A stretch of DNA of 64,000 nucleotides, taken from NCBI GenBank assembly GCA_030674475.1, contig JAUSCZ010000023.1:87819-151818 (forward strand), in the 5' to 3' direction. Position numbers and translations under genes: made by a program. Shown piece by piece: positions 1 through 9,694 of this stretch. Positions within the stretch are counted from its first letter, which is position 1. Every line of letters begins with the position of its first letter. The notes below the pieces were generated by a model, which was not told the DNA's origin, did not search any database, and saw only the letters and a program-made list of their open reading frames with translations. The stretch is from Candidatus Omnitrophota bacterium (lineage in GTDB: Bacteria; Omnitrophota; Gorgyraeia; Gygaellales; UBA12090).

Positions 1-33
1 TGCCTTTCGGATCATAATGAGATAATTTCGCGG

Positions 34-711
34 GTGCGGGCTAAAAGGCCGCAACTTCTCATAGTGGACAAAGACCTGGCTCCGGCAGGAGGAATTCAGG
101 TTACCCGCGAGGCAAGAGAGCTTGACCGCGACCTGAAGATTGCGCTGTTAGCGAAAGATAATCTCGGCGCTGAAGATAAGTCTAAGGCCCTTCTCTTAAA
201 CGTGCGCGGCATTAAAAAGGATTTAGACAGCCATTTTACTCTTAAGGCGCTTTTGGAGATAAGCCTAGAAATTAATGATAAGGTTGAAGAGAGCCGCTAC
301 TTTCACTTAGGGAAGGTGCTTTTGGTGGATGATGCCGTTAAAATCCGGACGCCCTTGAAGATCTTTCTGAAGACGCGGGGTCTGGATGTCCGCGAGGCCG
401 CGGACGGCAGGCAGGCATTAAGCCGGGTATACGCCGAAAGGCCAAGGCTCGCGGTTATTGACGAAAGAATGCCGGGGATGAGCGGAACAGAACTTTTAAA
501 GAAGATAAAAGAATTTGACCCTTCAATACAGGTTATCTTGATCAGTGGCACCTATGATTCGGACAGCTTCCGGAAGGCGGCGGGATTAGGGGCTTGTGAT
601 TGTATTGCCAAACCCTTCAGCCTCCAGACCCTGGAGGCCTTGGTTTTGTCTGTTTTGATCGTGTCAAGAAAGGTAACAGATGGAAAAACCGACACTGCTT
701 GTGGTCAATGA
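34..711 (+). CDS. response-regulator receiver (REC) domain protein; reading frame is open to the window edge so the true 5' end may lie upstream
   Basis: GTG at 34. The C-terminal half has CheY-like receiver motifs (LLVDD acidic pair, VIDERMPGMSG phospho-acceptor Asp region, conserved Lys in IAKPF). No stop codon in frame between position 1 and 34. Confidence 0.55.
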   Translation: MRAKRPQLLIVDKDLAPAGGIQVTREARELDRDLKIALLAKDNLGAEDKSKALLLNVRGIKKDLDSHFTLKALLEISLEINDKVEESRYFHLGKVLLVDDAVKIRTPLKIFLKTRGLDVREAADGRQALSRVYAERPRLAVIDERMPGMSGTELLKKIKEFDPSIQVILISGTYDSDSFRKAAGLGACDCIAKPFSLQTLEALVLSVLIVSRKVTDGKTDTACGQ

Positions 712-1321
712 CCAAAAGGACCAGTGTGACTGTATCTGCGGATATTTTTCAGAGAGAAATTTCTCTGTGGTGAAGGCTATGACCGGGATTGATGCCCTTG
801 TCCTGGTCAGGAACCGCCGGCCGGATATAGTGCTCCTGGATTTCTCCCTTGGCGGGATTATGGATGGCAGGAATGTCTTAAGCGAGATACGCGTCTACGA
901 CCAAAGCTTGAAGGTGATTATCATTACCGGAGGCATCCTGGACGAAGAAGAGATACAGGAAATCGTCAGTTTAGGGGTAGTCAGCCTGATTCCCAAACCA
1001 ATTGATTTGCCGGGTTTGGAGACGGCGGTCCGGGATTCTTTGGGAACCAGCCGCAAAGGTCCGCTTGAGCTTGAGGAGGCAAAGGCCGCCTTGCGCAATG
1101 TTCAGTCCGGCGGCATATCCTTGATACGGCTAAGGCATAAACTGGCAAATATTTGTAACGATATCAGCGCCCAATGCGAGTTGTATCTTCTCAATGCCAA
1201 GGAAGGTTTTTACAAGGATAAAAACTGCCAGGAGCGCCTGGATATGGCAGTAGCGGTGATTAATTCTGTTTTAGACTCCACATTAAAACTTGCCGAATTA
1301 AGCCGTAAGATTACGGTTTAA
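680..1321 (+). CDS. stand-alone receiver-domain protein with C-terminal helical extension (partly degenerate REC: N in place of second acidic residue)
   Basis: ORF of 213 aa. Receiver-like block LLVVNDQ...DIVLLDFSLGG...KVIIITG...PKPIDL. Overlaps the upstream REC gene by 32 nt, suggesting co-transcription. Confidence 0.5.
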   Translation: MEKPTLLVVNDQKDQCDCICGYFSERNFSVVKAMTGIDALVLVRNRRPDIVLLDFSLGGIMDGRNVLSEIRVYDQSLKVIIITGGILDEEEIQEIVSLGVVSLIPKPIDLPGLETAVRDSLGTSRKGPLELEEAKAALRNVQSGGISLIRLRHKLANICNDISAQCELYLLNAKEGFYKDKNCQERLDMAVAVINSVLDSTLKLAELSRKITV

Positions 1322-1476
1322 GCGATAACCAACCCCCCGTTGAAAGCCTTTTCCATTTCCCCTGCGAAGTTATACTTTTGCCATTGCCCGGCTTAACTGG
1401 GCAATCTAGTGAAAGCGTTTTCTCAAAACCCCGGTTTTGCCCTTATTTTTGCCTTTTTATGTGATATACTTTAGGT

Positions 1477-4400
1477 ATGCTCCTCAAGCTTAAAAAGCTA
1501 ATATCCCTTTTTATCTCTTTTTGCCTCATTCTTGAGCAGACTACTTTTGCTCAAAGTATAAACCTGTCGCATTACTTTGCCAATCCCGGAAAACCTATTA
1601 TTCAAAGCGATAAGTTTAGGCCCTTACACCTAAGGTATCTGGGCTATGATAACCTGAGCCAGGACTTTAAGCTACTCTTAGACAGGGGAGATACCAAGAA
1701 GAAAGACCTGGAGAACAAGGCCTACATAGAGGAAAACACCCAAACCCTGCTCAAATACTTCTTCATCGGATTAGCCTTACCCAATGAGAAGTTCTGGGTC
1801 AACCTAAGGCCGGATGCCCCGGATAACATCATAGATGATGACTTGGCCCAGACAGATGTAGGCAAGATACTTCTTGAAGCAGACCTCCAACTTAAGAAAG
1901 ACACCGCCGGCTGGACCTCGCCCCAGACCCCGGAAGGCAAAGAATATTGGGATAAACTCTACCAGAAGGCTGGAGAGCTATTCGGAACCGAGAACATCAC
2001 TATTCCCACCCTCACCCGTCCCTGGATAGTCCCGGATGAAATAATAATCAGGGAAGCCCCGGATAATGCCTATATCTATAAGGCCACCTTGAAAGTGATG
2101 TTAGAGCAGGATTATCTCCAGGGGAATCCGCGCCTCGGGAGCGCGCAAGCAGTTTATAACTTTTCAGACCCCCGCTTGAAAGAGCTCAACGAATATTCCA
2201 CCCAGCTAATCAAAGAAAAAATAATTCCTAAGTTGACCTGTGAGGTGAATACTTCCAAGAGATACGCTCCCCTTAGACAAGTCTATTACTCTTTAATCTT
2301 AGCCCAGAATTTTAAAAAGAAGTTTAGCCAATCAACCGGAGAAAACCCCTATGTCAAGCTGATTGACTCTCGTAACCTCTCTAACCTCACCTCAAAAGGA
2401 CCCTGGGATAAGCGGACCTACTTTAGGGAATACCAGAAATCATTCCAGCAAGGCGAATACAACCTCAAAGCCACCGCATCCACAGTCTACGGTCAGACTA
2501 TCAGAAGCTATATGAGCGGGGGTGTAATAGTGGATATTACCTCTTCCAGTGTTAATATAACTAAGGTAGAGGCGAATAGAGAGTTGAAGCTAATAAGTAG
2601 TAGCGCGCTACTGGGGCCGATTAAGGTTCCTGCGCCCCCTGGATTTGAGCATAATGAAGCAGGCATTCTGGTCCCAGTCCCTAAGAAAAATAATAACGAT
2701 AACATATCCAATCAAGAACCTAAAGGGCATGAGCCTACAGAAGATAAAACAAAGCCGGAAATCATACTTCCTAACAGGGTAGATATTGATGCTGTCAGTG
2801 GTAAAGACCCGACACAAGAGCAATTCCATGATAAGTTTCTCCTGGAAAGTATGTCTGTTAAGGATATTCCTTTATTCTTCAAGGACTATTTAAAATCCTT
2901 GCGCCGCTACCATCTAAGACAAAAAGACAGGGATTCAGCTTATTCTTTGGAGTTGTCCGGGAAAGGAATCAGCCTGCCTGTTGGGTATGAACTCCTTTAT
3001 AAAATATTCGTTTCTGGCCAAGAAGAGGACATCCGGGAAGAAATGAAGCATCTTAGCCTTGAGGAAAGAAAGCAATTTGATCAGGCAGTGAAAGATTTAG
3101 AGAATCTGTTTATCTTGAAAGGAGTATTCGAGAAGTTTAATACAAATAATAAAGAAAAGATACAGCTTCAGCTTCTAAAAATGGCATATGCCTTTTTTAA
3201 GAAGTTAAAACAGGCAGGATTTAATTATTCTGAAGAGTTTGCTGAAAGTATATTGGAGGGATTAGAAGGAAATATTAAATTATGGGGGGCAATATACGAT
3301 GAACTGCAGATTCATTTACGCGTTGAGACTGAAAAGGCCGGACTCTCCCACCCGGAGGAATTATCGCGTTATTATTATCGGGAAAAATTCAAGCCTTATC
3401 TTGATGTTTCTAACCAGCTCCTCTCTTTGAACGTTTATTGGGATGCCTCCCGTAAAGCAAGGCTGTTAGATAACCTTGAGGAGTTGGTGGTTGTGGAGGC
3501 AATAGAGGAATTTTCCTGGGTTAAGGATATATTCAGTCAGGAGCAAAACCCCGAATTAAAGCTAAGATTTAAATTGATTGAGCCTTTCTTTGGTAAGGTA
3601 TCTTATGAGCCTCTTGAGCATTTAGGCCCGCAAGAAGCTTTTGGTCTGGAACTGGAAAAGGATGTCACGGATGAAGTCCGCTCAGGTAAACTTTTCAACA
3701 CTTCTAAGGGTTGGGAGGCTTTAAGAAAATACTTAAAAGAATACCAGCTGGACTACAATAATACTATGCATATCCATATAGATAGAGGCCGGGGGGATAT
3801 TAATCAGAGAAACCAAGAGGTCTTATATCTTGTAACTAGTTTTCTGGAAGGATACCTATTGTCGCTTAGTACTTCTCGCGCTATAGATTACCTGATGTTA
3901 GAAGCAGATGCCCAATATGCTTTAAGGTATGATTACCTCTCATATTTATATCAAACTATGAAACACGACAGAATGATCCAGTTTAATAATATGGGCAACA
4001 CCACCATAGAATTTCGTTTTGCCATGCCGCCGTTGAGGCATTTAGCCTTAAGTGAAAAAGCCAGGATAATTTATATCAAGGACCTGATTACTCTCTTTGC
4101 CGCGTTAAAAGAGATAATAATGCATCCTGAAGATAGGCTATCCTTAAAATATCTTGGTCTTCCGGTGCAAGCGGCTCAATATAAACAAAAGATTAATTTT
4201 AACCATTTAAATAGGATATTAGAAGTAGTATTCAGGGGGCATCCCCAAGCTAAGGAATCGTTCCGGAGATTGATGCTATTCAGCCAGCGCAAGAGTATTT
4301 GTTCTTATCGCAATAGCAGCAATAAGCAAATAGAGGAAAATGAGGCAAAGGCTTCTTTGCGGAAAGAGATAAGTAATTTTTACTATCTGCAAGGGTTAGG

Positions 4401-5478
4401 TCTGCTCTATGTTATTCATAGTGAATCAAAAGAAGGCATATCCTTGAATGTAGATGAAGACATAAAGGAAAAGATAGGGCAAGCAAAAACTCGTAAAAGA
4501 GAATATCCTCTTTACCATGAGGTCGCCATGTATTTACTTCGGACAGTAGCCGATGATTATGAAAATGAAGAAACAGTAAGAGTTATCTTGGGGGAAAAAA
4601 TGCAAGCTGATGAATATATAGTGGCCTTAGACAATGCTAGTACTTTTGTTGTTCCCGCTTTAGATAAAATTGGGAATAAGAGAGACTATTTTCTAACATA
4701 TGGTCTTCCGGCTTTAGTTCAAAGAGTCCATTATAACTATGAGATGTTTGGGCTCGCCTTAAAAGCCGCTACCGCCTTTAAAGATAGGGAAGAACGAAGC
4801 TATTTTCTGAACTACAGCATCCTGTTCCTGTGGCGGATGAGCGAAGGAGATGTAGCTAAGTTTAAGAAATTACTTGAGCTTGTTCAGCAGGGAGCCGTTG
4901 CCTTTGAGCCTGGGGTAGAACGAAACAATTTCCTGGAACAGGGAGTCAATAGGCTGGCCTACGGAATCAATTATAACTATGAGATATTTGCGGAGAGGTT
5001 GCTGAACATAAAGAATAAAGAATCTTCTTCAGCGCTCACTACAGAATTAAACAGAGGCGGCATTGATCTTACCGCACTGCCTATCACTACCCAACCACCC
5101 CTAAATCAGCCTTTGACGGCTAATATCTCTATAGCCAGCTTGGCTTTAAATCTCAATATTAACTTGGATAATGAGTTCAGGCAGATTCAGGATATGCTCA
5201 AGGCCGGGATTATGCCTTCAAGCGAAAGGATAAGGGAGTATGCTTTAACATCTTCATCTTTGCAAAAAGAGGAAGGCTATGCTCAGGAGATAGGTAGAAT
5301 ACTTGGCTGTATTGCGGAGATATTGAGGTTAGAAGAGGACAGGGGAGTGTCTACTGCTTTAGCCTTAAAGGAGATGCTCATTTTGTTTGAGTCGGATAAG
5401 CCCGCGCGGGATGTGCAGTTTGCCTTAAGCAAAATTACCGTTATGCCCAGGGAGCCGGCGAAGTATAGTTCGCAATAG
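1477..5478 (+). CDS. giant protein (1333 aa), paralog 1 of a three-member novel family. Hydrophobic N-terminal leader ending FAQS, conserved ~330-aa N module, long helical variable middle, conserved ~180-aa C module (GGIDLTALPITTQ ... LKAGIMPS ... LGCIAEILRLEE)
   Basis: Long uninterrupted ORF. N and C modules align residue-by-residue with the ORFs at 5517 and 52639 (and 8280 for the C module). ATG sits directly 3' of TATACT, so possibly leaderless or nearly so. Confidence 0.7.
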   Translation: MLLKLKKLISLFISFCLILEQTTFAQSINLSHYFANPGKPIIQSDKFRPLHLRYLGYDNLSQDFKLLLDRGDTKKKDLENKAYIEENTQTLLKYFFIGLALPNEKFWVNLRPDAPDNIIDDDLAQTDVGKILLEADLQLKKDTAGWTSPQTPEGKEYWDKLYQKAGELFGTENITIPTLTRPWIVPDEIIIREAPDNAYIYKATLKVMLEQDYLQGNPRLGSAQAVYNFSDPRLKELNEYSTQLIKEKIIPKLTCEVNTSKRYAPLRQVYYSLILAQNFKKKFSQSTGENPYVKLIDSRNLSNLTSKGPWDKRTYFREYQKSFQQGEYNLKATASTVYGQTIRSYMSGGVIVDITSSSVNITKVEANRELKLISSSALLGPIKVPAPPGFEHNEAGILVPVPKKNNNDNISNQEPKGHEPTEDKTKPEIILPNRVDIDAVSGKDPTQEQFHDKFLLESMSVKDIPLFFKDYLKSLRRYHLRQKDRDSAYSLELSGKGISLPVGYELLYKIFVSGQEEDIREEMKHLSLEERKQFDQAVKDLENLFILKGVFEKFNTNNKEKIQLQLLKMAYAFFKKLKQAGFNYSEEFAESILEGLEGNIKLWGAIYDELQIHLRVETEKAGLSHPEELSRYYYREKFKPYLDVSNQLLSLNVYWDASRKARLLDNLEELVVVEAIEEFSWVKDIFSQEQNPELKLRFKLIEPFFGKVSYEPLEHLGPQEAFGLELEKDVTDEVRSGKLFNTSKGWEALRKYLKEYQLDYNNTMHIHIDRGRGDINQRNQEVLYLVTSFLEGYLLSLSTSRAIDYLMLEADAQYALRYDYLSYLYQTMKHDRMIQFNNMGNTTIEFRFAMPPLRHLALSEKARIIYIKDLITLFAALKEIIMHPEDRLSLKYLGLPVQAAQYKQKINFNHLNRILEVVFRGHPQAKESFRRLMLFSQRKSICSYRNSSNKQIEENEAKASLRKEISNFYYLQGLGLLYVIHSESKEGISLNVDEDIKEKIGQAKTRKREYPLYHEVAMYLLRTVADDYENEETVRVILGEKMQADEYIVALDNASTFVVPALDKIGNKRDYFLTYGLPALVQRVHYNYEMFGLALKAATAFKDREERSYFLNYSILFLWRMSEGDVAKFKKLLELVQQGAVAFEPGVERNNFLEQGVNRLAYGINYNYEIFAERLLNIKNKESSSALTTELNRGGIDLTALPITTQPPLNQPLTANISIASLALNLNINLDNEFRQIQDMLKAGIMPSSERIREYALTSSSLQKEEGYAQEIGRILGCIAEILRLEEDRGVSTALALKEMLILFESDKPARDVQFALSKITVMPREPAKYSSQ

Positions 5479-5516
5479 AATTTAAAATCACGAATAGATA
5501 TTGTCCTTAACTAACT

Positions 5517-6419
5517 ATGCCCCCTAAGTCTAAAAAGCTAATCTCTCTTATCCTCTGCTTCTTACTTATCTTCCAGCAGACAGGCTTTGCCCAGACCGTC
5601 AGCCTTAACCTGGCTCACTATCTTAGTCAGGCCTCTTCGCCGGTAATCTCTGATACCTTCCGTCCAATCCACCTGCGCTATATCTCTTACGACAATCTAA
5701 GTAATAATTTTAAACTCCTCTTAGATAAGGGGGACTACTTAAAAGCATCGTCAGGCCGCCAGGATACAAAGTCGTCCGAGCAGGAAGATGATCTTAGTCG
5801 TCAGACGCAAGTTTTGCTGCGATATTTCTTTATCGGCTTAGCCCTGCCCAACAGTGCATTTTGGGTAAACCTTAGACCGGATGCTCCGGATAATATCATT
5901 GATGATGACTTGGCCAAGACCGACATCGGTAAGATACTCTTAGAAGCTGACCTCAACCTTAAGAAAGGCATCTCCAGCTTTACCTCACCCCAAACTCCGG
6001 AAGGCAAGGCCTATTGGGATAAACTTTACCAGAAGGCCGAAGAATTATACGGCACCAGCCAGATAACTATCCCCACCCTAACCCGTCCCTGGATAGTCCC
6101 GGATGAAATAATCTTAAGGGAATCTCCAGACACCAGCGCCTACGTCTACAAAGCCACCCTGAAGGTTATGCTGGAAGAAGACTATCTAGGAAAATCCGAA
6201 ACCCTAAACCCTGAATCCGAAACAAATTCCAATTTAAAAATCCAAAACCAAAAACCCTATGAATTCAAAGACCTAAGATTAAGAGAGCTCAATGAATACT
6301 CTACACAGCTGATCAAAGAGTTGATTATCCCCAAACTTACCCAGGAGATCAACTCTTCCAAGAGATACGCCCCCCCTGAGACAAGTCTATTACTCCTTAA
6401 TCTTAGCCCAGCATTTTAA
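5517..6419 (+). CDS. paralog 2 of the giant-protein family, N-terminal piece truncated by a +1 frameshift in a C7 tract
   Basis: Aligns with residues 1-270 of paralog 1 and paralog 3 up to RYAP. Paralog 1 has gctccccttag where this copy has gcccccccctgag (6370-6376). Confidence 0.55.
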   Translation: MPPKSKKLISLILCFLLIFQQTGFAQTVSLNLAHYLSQASSPVISDTFRPIHLRYISYDNLSNNFKLLLDKGDYLKASSGRQDTKSSEQEDDLSRQTQVLLRYFFIGLALPNSAFWVNLRPDAPDNIIDDDLAKTDIGKILLEADLNLKKGISSFTSPQTPEGKAYWDKLYQKAEELYGTSQITIPTLTRPWIVPDEIILRESPDTSAYVYKATLKVMLEEDYLGKSETLNPESETNSNLKIQNQKPYEFKDLRLRELNEYSTQLIKELIIPKLTQEINSSKRYAPPETSLLLLNLSPAF

Positions 6420-6621
6420 AAATAAGTTTAGAAACGAATCCGGCCCCTATTCAAATCTTATAGATTCAAGAGATCTTACTAATCTCACCTCTCAAGAGCC
6501 CTGGGATAAGCTTACTTATTTCAGGGAATATCAAAAATCTTTTCAAGAGGGCGAATATAATCTTAAAGCCAACCAGCCTACAGCCTATGGCCAGACTATC
6601 CGCAGGTATATAAGCGGGGGA

Positions 6622-8064
6622 GTGGAATTGGGAAATAGCGGTTCTTCAGCTCTGATTATTCCAACGAAAAATAACAGAATTATAGATCATCCTGAGATAT
6701 TAAAGGTTAGTAGTGTTATACTGCCAGGCGACCTTAAGGCGTTCGGTAGGTCAACCAGTAGTTCGGCAGTAAAATATGTGCCAGAGCCTGAAGATTTGCG
6801 GATTAGTGATAATCCTGAAATTAGCGGTATCTGGAGTAAAATGGTTGAGGAGAATCTGAAGTTAGGTGAATTTGCCCGGAAATTAGCCGAGTTTTCCCGT
6901 CGTTACGGCGTTATCAATAAATTCCCTCCGGATATATTAAATGAATTGCGCAAGTTTAGCGAGCTTTATAACATTCCGGATAGTAAAAACAAAGCCGATA
7001 AGGACACCATAGCTTATAATTTAGGTTTTATTACTCTTAATAGCGGTATAAAAGAAGAAGATGATTCGCTGTTAGTCGCGCAATTTAAATTCAACCTCTT
7101 GTTTTTAGTGAGCATGGTTAATGCCGGAATAAAACCAGTTGAACTTTTTAATCAATTTAAAGAGATTGATAAGGATAATTTAAATAAAATAGCTACTGGA
7201 GGAAAACTCAAAGATGGTAACGCGTTTTATGATTATACCTGGAAACCGTTTAAGGATATAAGAAGTATCGCTTGGAGTAGTCTTGGCAAAAAGAAAGTTA
7301 ACGATTTCTTTAAAAAATTTGAGTTTTTATTGAACCTTTTTCAGAAAGAACGTATATCATATCATGAGATTGCGCGCCGCCGCCATGCCGGGGAGAAACC
7401 GTATATGGTGATTTTAAAGCAATACCGCGGACAATTTCCCTCGGACATTATTAATTTTCCGCGGGAATATATTGAGCAGCAAGAACCTATTACCAAATAT
7501 GCCCCTGAAGGAGGGAAAATAGGAGATACAGTAAAAAACCCCGGCGGCTTGCTTTTACCGGGTGAATCTGCGGGAAAGGTAAGAAAATTCACGCTTAACG
7601 GCCTGGAGTTTTACGCGAAACGGGTTAATTCTTTATGGACGCGATATCCTGAGGAAGAAATCATGATTTCACTGAAAGCCGCCCAAAGTTTAAAGAAAGT
7701 CAGCCCTTATTTTGGCGTGCAAGAGTTTATCGGTATCGTTTATGACCAGGGAGCCTTTTACTTATTGTCTCGGGCTATTGTCAGTGAGCAGCCTAGACCA
7801 CCGGAAACAATAAGAGATTTGAATCGATTTAAATTAGACGTAGTAGATAGTATGGTTCGCTTAGGGATGCCGAAGCATGATATCCAAAAGGAGGTTGTTA
7901 ATAAATTTGGAGAGATAACTTGGGTATTTTTAGATTTTGAAACGTTTCCTTATCGTCTTGTCAAAGACGCAGCCAAAGCCCTGGAAGCCCTTAAGAGCAG
8001 AAATAACAAAGAAAAGGCAAATGAGAATACCGTATTACTAATGATAGTGATTCAGACGAGTTAA
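6622..8064 (+). CDS. paralog 2 middle piece; reading frame actually continues from the frameshift site near 6377 (YSLILAQHFKNKF...) through to 8064
   Basis: Translating 6377-6621 in this frame restores the conserved N-module sequence (LIDSRDLTNLTSQEPWDKLTYFREYQKSFQEGEYNLK...GQTIRRYISGG) seen in paralogs 1 and 3. Confidence 0.5.
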   Translation: MELGNSGSSALIIPTKNNRIIDHPEILKVSSVILPGDLKAFGRSTSSSAVKYVPEPEDLRISDNPEISGIWSKMVEENLKLGEFARKLAEFSRRYGVINKFPPDILNELRKFSELYNIPDSKNKADKDTIAYNLGFITLNSGIKEEDDSLLVAQFKFNLLFLVSMVNAGIKPVELFNQFKEIDKDNLNKIATGGKLKDGNAFYDYTWKPFKDIRSIAWSSLGKKKVNDFFKKFEFLLNLFQKERISYHEIARRRHAGEKPYMVILKQYRGQFPSDIINFPREYIEQQEPITKYAPEGGKIGDTVKNPGGLLLPGESAGKVRKFTLNGLEFYAKRVNSLWTRYPEEEIMISLKAAQSLKKVSPYFGVQEFIGIVYDQGAFYLLSRAIVSEQPRPPETIRDLNRFKLDVVDSMVRLGMPKHDIQKEVVNKFGEITWVFLDFETFPYRLVKDAAKALEALKSRNNKEKANENTVLLMIVIQTS

Positions 8065-8279
8065 TCTTTAAAGTTAAACCTAAAGCGGAAATATTAAAAA
8101 AGGCAATTGGGTCGCTTCAGCAAAAAGCAAAAAAAATAGAAGAAGAAGGAAAAGCAATAGAAATAGAAAATGAAAAAGTAAATATTTTTGAAAAATATAC
8201 AGCATTCAAGGATGTAATAGATAAAAATATTTTAAACGATCCTGAATTAATAAAGAAAGAGATAAAAAAATTTGGAGAA

Positions 8280-9068
8280 TTGTTAGATAAGTTTGGCGCG
8301 AAGGTGAAAAACATAGTGAAAAATAACAATGAAGAAAAAGTGTCTTTTTCAGGAATAAGTATTTCTATATTTTACGATTTAGTAGATAAATTGAATAAGG
8401 CCAGGCACTACCCGTATTATATTGATTATGGAGCTAAAGTGAATAGTTTTATAAGGGTGATGGATGCGTATATAAAATTATTGTCAGATATTCAAAACCC
8501 GGGAAAAATTGAGGAAGGATGCGCAGAAAGGATGGATGAGTCAAGGAGTGAGCCGGAATTAACCTATTGGTTATTGAAAGAATATAATAAATTGCCTCAA
8601 GAAAAAGAATCTATGAATTCTTCCCCCGTCTTAGCAAGTGAAATCGGTAGAAATATTTTTGCGCCAATTAAGAAAAAAGGCGGTATTGACCTTACCGCCT
8701 TACCCATAACCACCCAATCCCACTTAAATCAGCCTTTGACGGATAATATACCTATAGCAGGCTCGGCCTTAAATCTCAATCGCGCCCTGAGCGATAGTCA
8801 AAGGGTTAATTTAGATAAGGAGCTTCGGGATATTCAGAATATGCTTAAGGCTGGGATTATGCCTTCAGGTGAAAGAATAAAGGAATATGCCTTAGCCTCT
8901 TCGTCTTTGGGGCCGGAAGACCACAACTGGGAAATTGACCGTCTGCTGGGCTGTATTGCTGATGTTTTTAGATTAGAAGAAGAAAAGGCCAAACCCACCC
9001 CGCAAATCTTAAAAGATGTGCTTATTCTGCTGGAATCGGATAACCCCGCCCCGTTACAAATTCTCTGA
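8280..9068 (+). CDS. paralog 2 C-terminal piece carrying the conserved family C module; separated from the middle piece by a second frame change around 8036-8064
   Basis: GGIDLTALPITTQSHLNQPLTDNIPIAG...LKAGIMPSGERIKEYALASSSL...LGCIADVFRLEEE is about 85% DNA-identical to the 3' end of paralog 1. The frame is open back to 8039. Confidence 0.55.
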   Translation: MLDKFGAKVKNIVKNNNEEKVSFSGISISIFYDLVDKLNKARHYPYYIDYGAKVNSFIRVMDAYIKLLSDIQNPGKIEEGCAERMDESRSEPELTYWLLKEYNKLPQEKESMNSSPVLASEIGRNIFAPIKKKGGIDLTALPITTQSHLNQPLTDNIPIAGSALNLNRALSDSQRVNLDKELRDIQNMLKAGIMPSGERIKEYALASSSLGPEDHNWEIDRLLGCIADVFRLEEEKAKPTPQILKDVLILLESDNPAPLQIL

Positions 9069-9226
9069 AACCGTATTTTATGCTATAAGTCTATTGTAAT
9101 TTATTACCGTATGTGAGGTCTCTGCGGCAAGAAACGGGAATTTGTAACGGGGCCCGCCCAGGAATTACAACTTGCCTTAGCCGGGAAACGGTAAATAATA
9201 TTTCTAATTAACCAACTAATTGCGGG

Positions 9227-9242
9227 TGTGAATTATTTCACA
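9227..9242 (+). promoter_or_regulatory. perfect CRP/FNR-family palindrome TGTGA-N6-TCACA upstream of the nuo promoter
   Basis: tgtgaattatttcaca read directly. Its centre lies 15.5 bp upstream of the -35 hexamer. Confidence 0.45.
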
Positions 9243-9249
9243 GAATCGT

Positions 9250-9278
9250 TTGACAGTAATAGGCTTTTGTGTTAAATT
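9250..9278 (+). promoter_or_regulatory. sigma70-like promoter for the nuo operon (TTGACA-N17-TAAATT)
   Basis: ttgaca at 9250-9255, 17-nt spacer, taaatt at 9273-9278, about 57 nt upstream of the nuoA ATG. Confidence 0.5.
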
Positions 9279-9334
9279 AAACTTTCTTCGCTGGCGGGTG
9301 GTTTTGAAAGGATTAAAACTCAATACAGAGTAAT

Positions 9335-9694
9335 ATGTTAGTTAATACTTATAGTTGTGTACTTTTGTTTTTAGCGGCTTCAACTGTGTTTGTCCTGGCC
9401 TCTTTTGTTACCTCCTGGGTTTTAAGGCCGCATAAGCCCAGCCCCCAGAAGCTCTCTACCTATGAATGCGGTGAACCGACTAAAGGGACCAGCTTTATCC
9501 AGTATAATGTTCGCTATTACTTGTTTGCCTTAGCCTTTGTTATTTTTGACGTGGAGGCGGTGTTTTTACTGCCTTGGGCCGTGGTCTGCAAAGACTTCGG
9601 CCTTTTCGGCTTTATTGAGGCAGTGGTTTTCATCTTTATCCTTTTGGCCGGCTTAGTTTATGCCTGGAAAAAGAAGGTGCTGGAATGGCTCTAA
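9335..9694 (+). CDS. nuoA: NADH-quinone oxidoreductase subunit A
   Basis: 119 aa, three TM helices. Typical NuoA/ND3 length and the YECGEP motif. First gene of a contiguous nuo cluster. Confidence 0.85.
   Translation: MLVNTYSCVLLFLAASTVFVLASFVTSWVLRPHKPSPQKLSTYECGEPTKGTSFIQYNVRYYLFALAFVIFDVEAVFLLPWAVVCKDFGLFGFIEAVVFIFILLAGLVYAWKKKVLEWL

Larger units (their letters stand above)
5517..9068 (+). pseudogene. disrupted (or phase-off) full-length paralog 2 of the giant-protein family, split into three ORFs by two frame changes
   Basis: Homology to paralog 1 and paralog 3 is continuous across the three ORFs once frame is corrected at 6370-6376 (C7) and again within 8036-8064. Confidence 0.55.
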
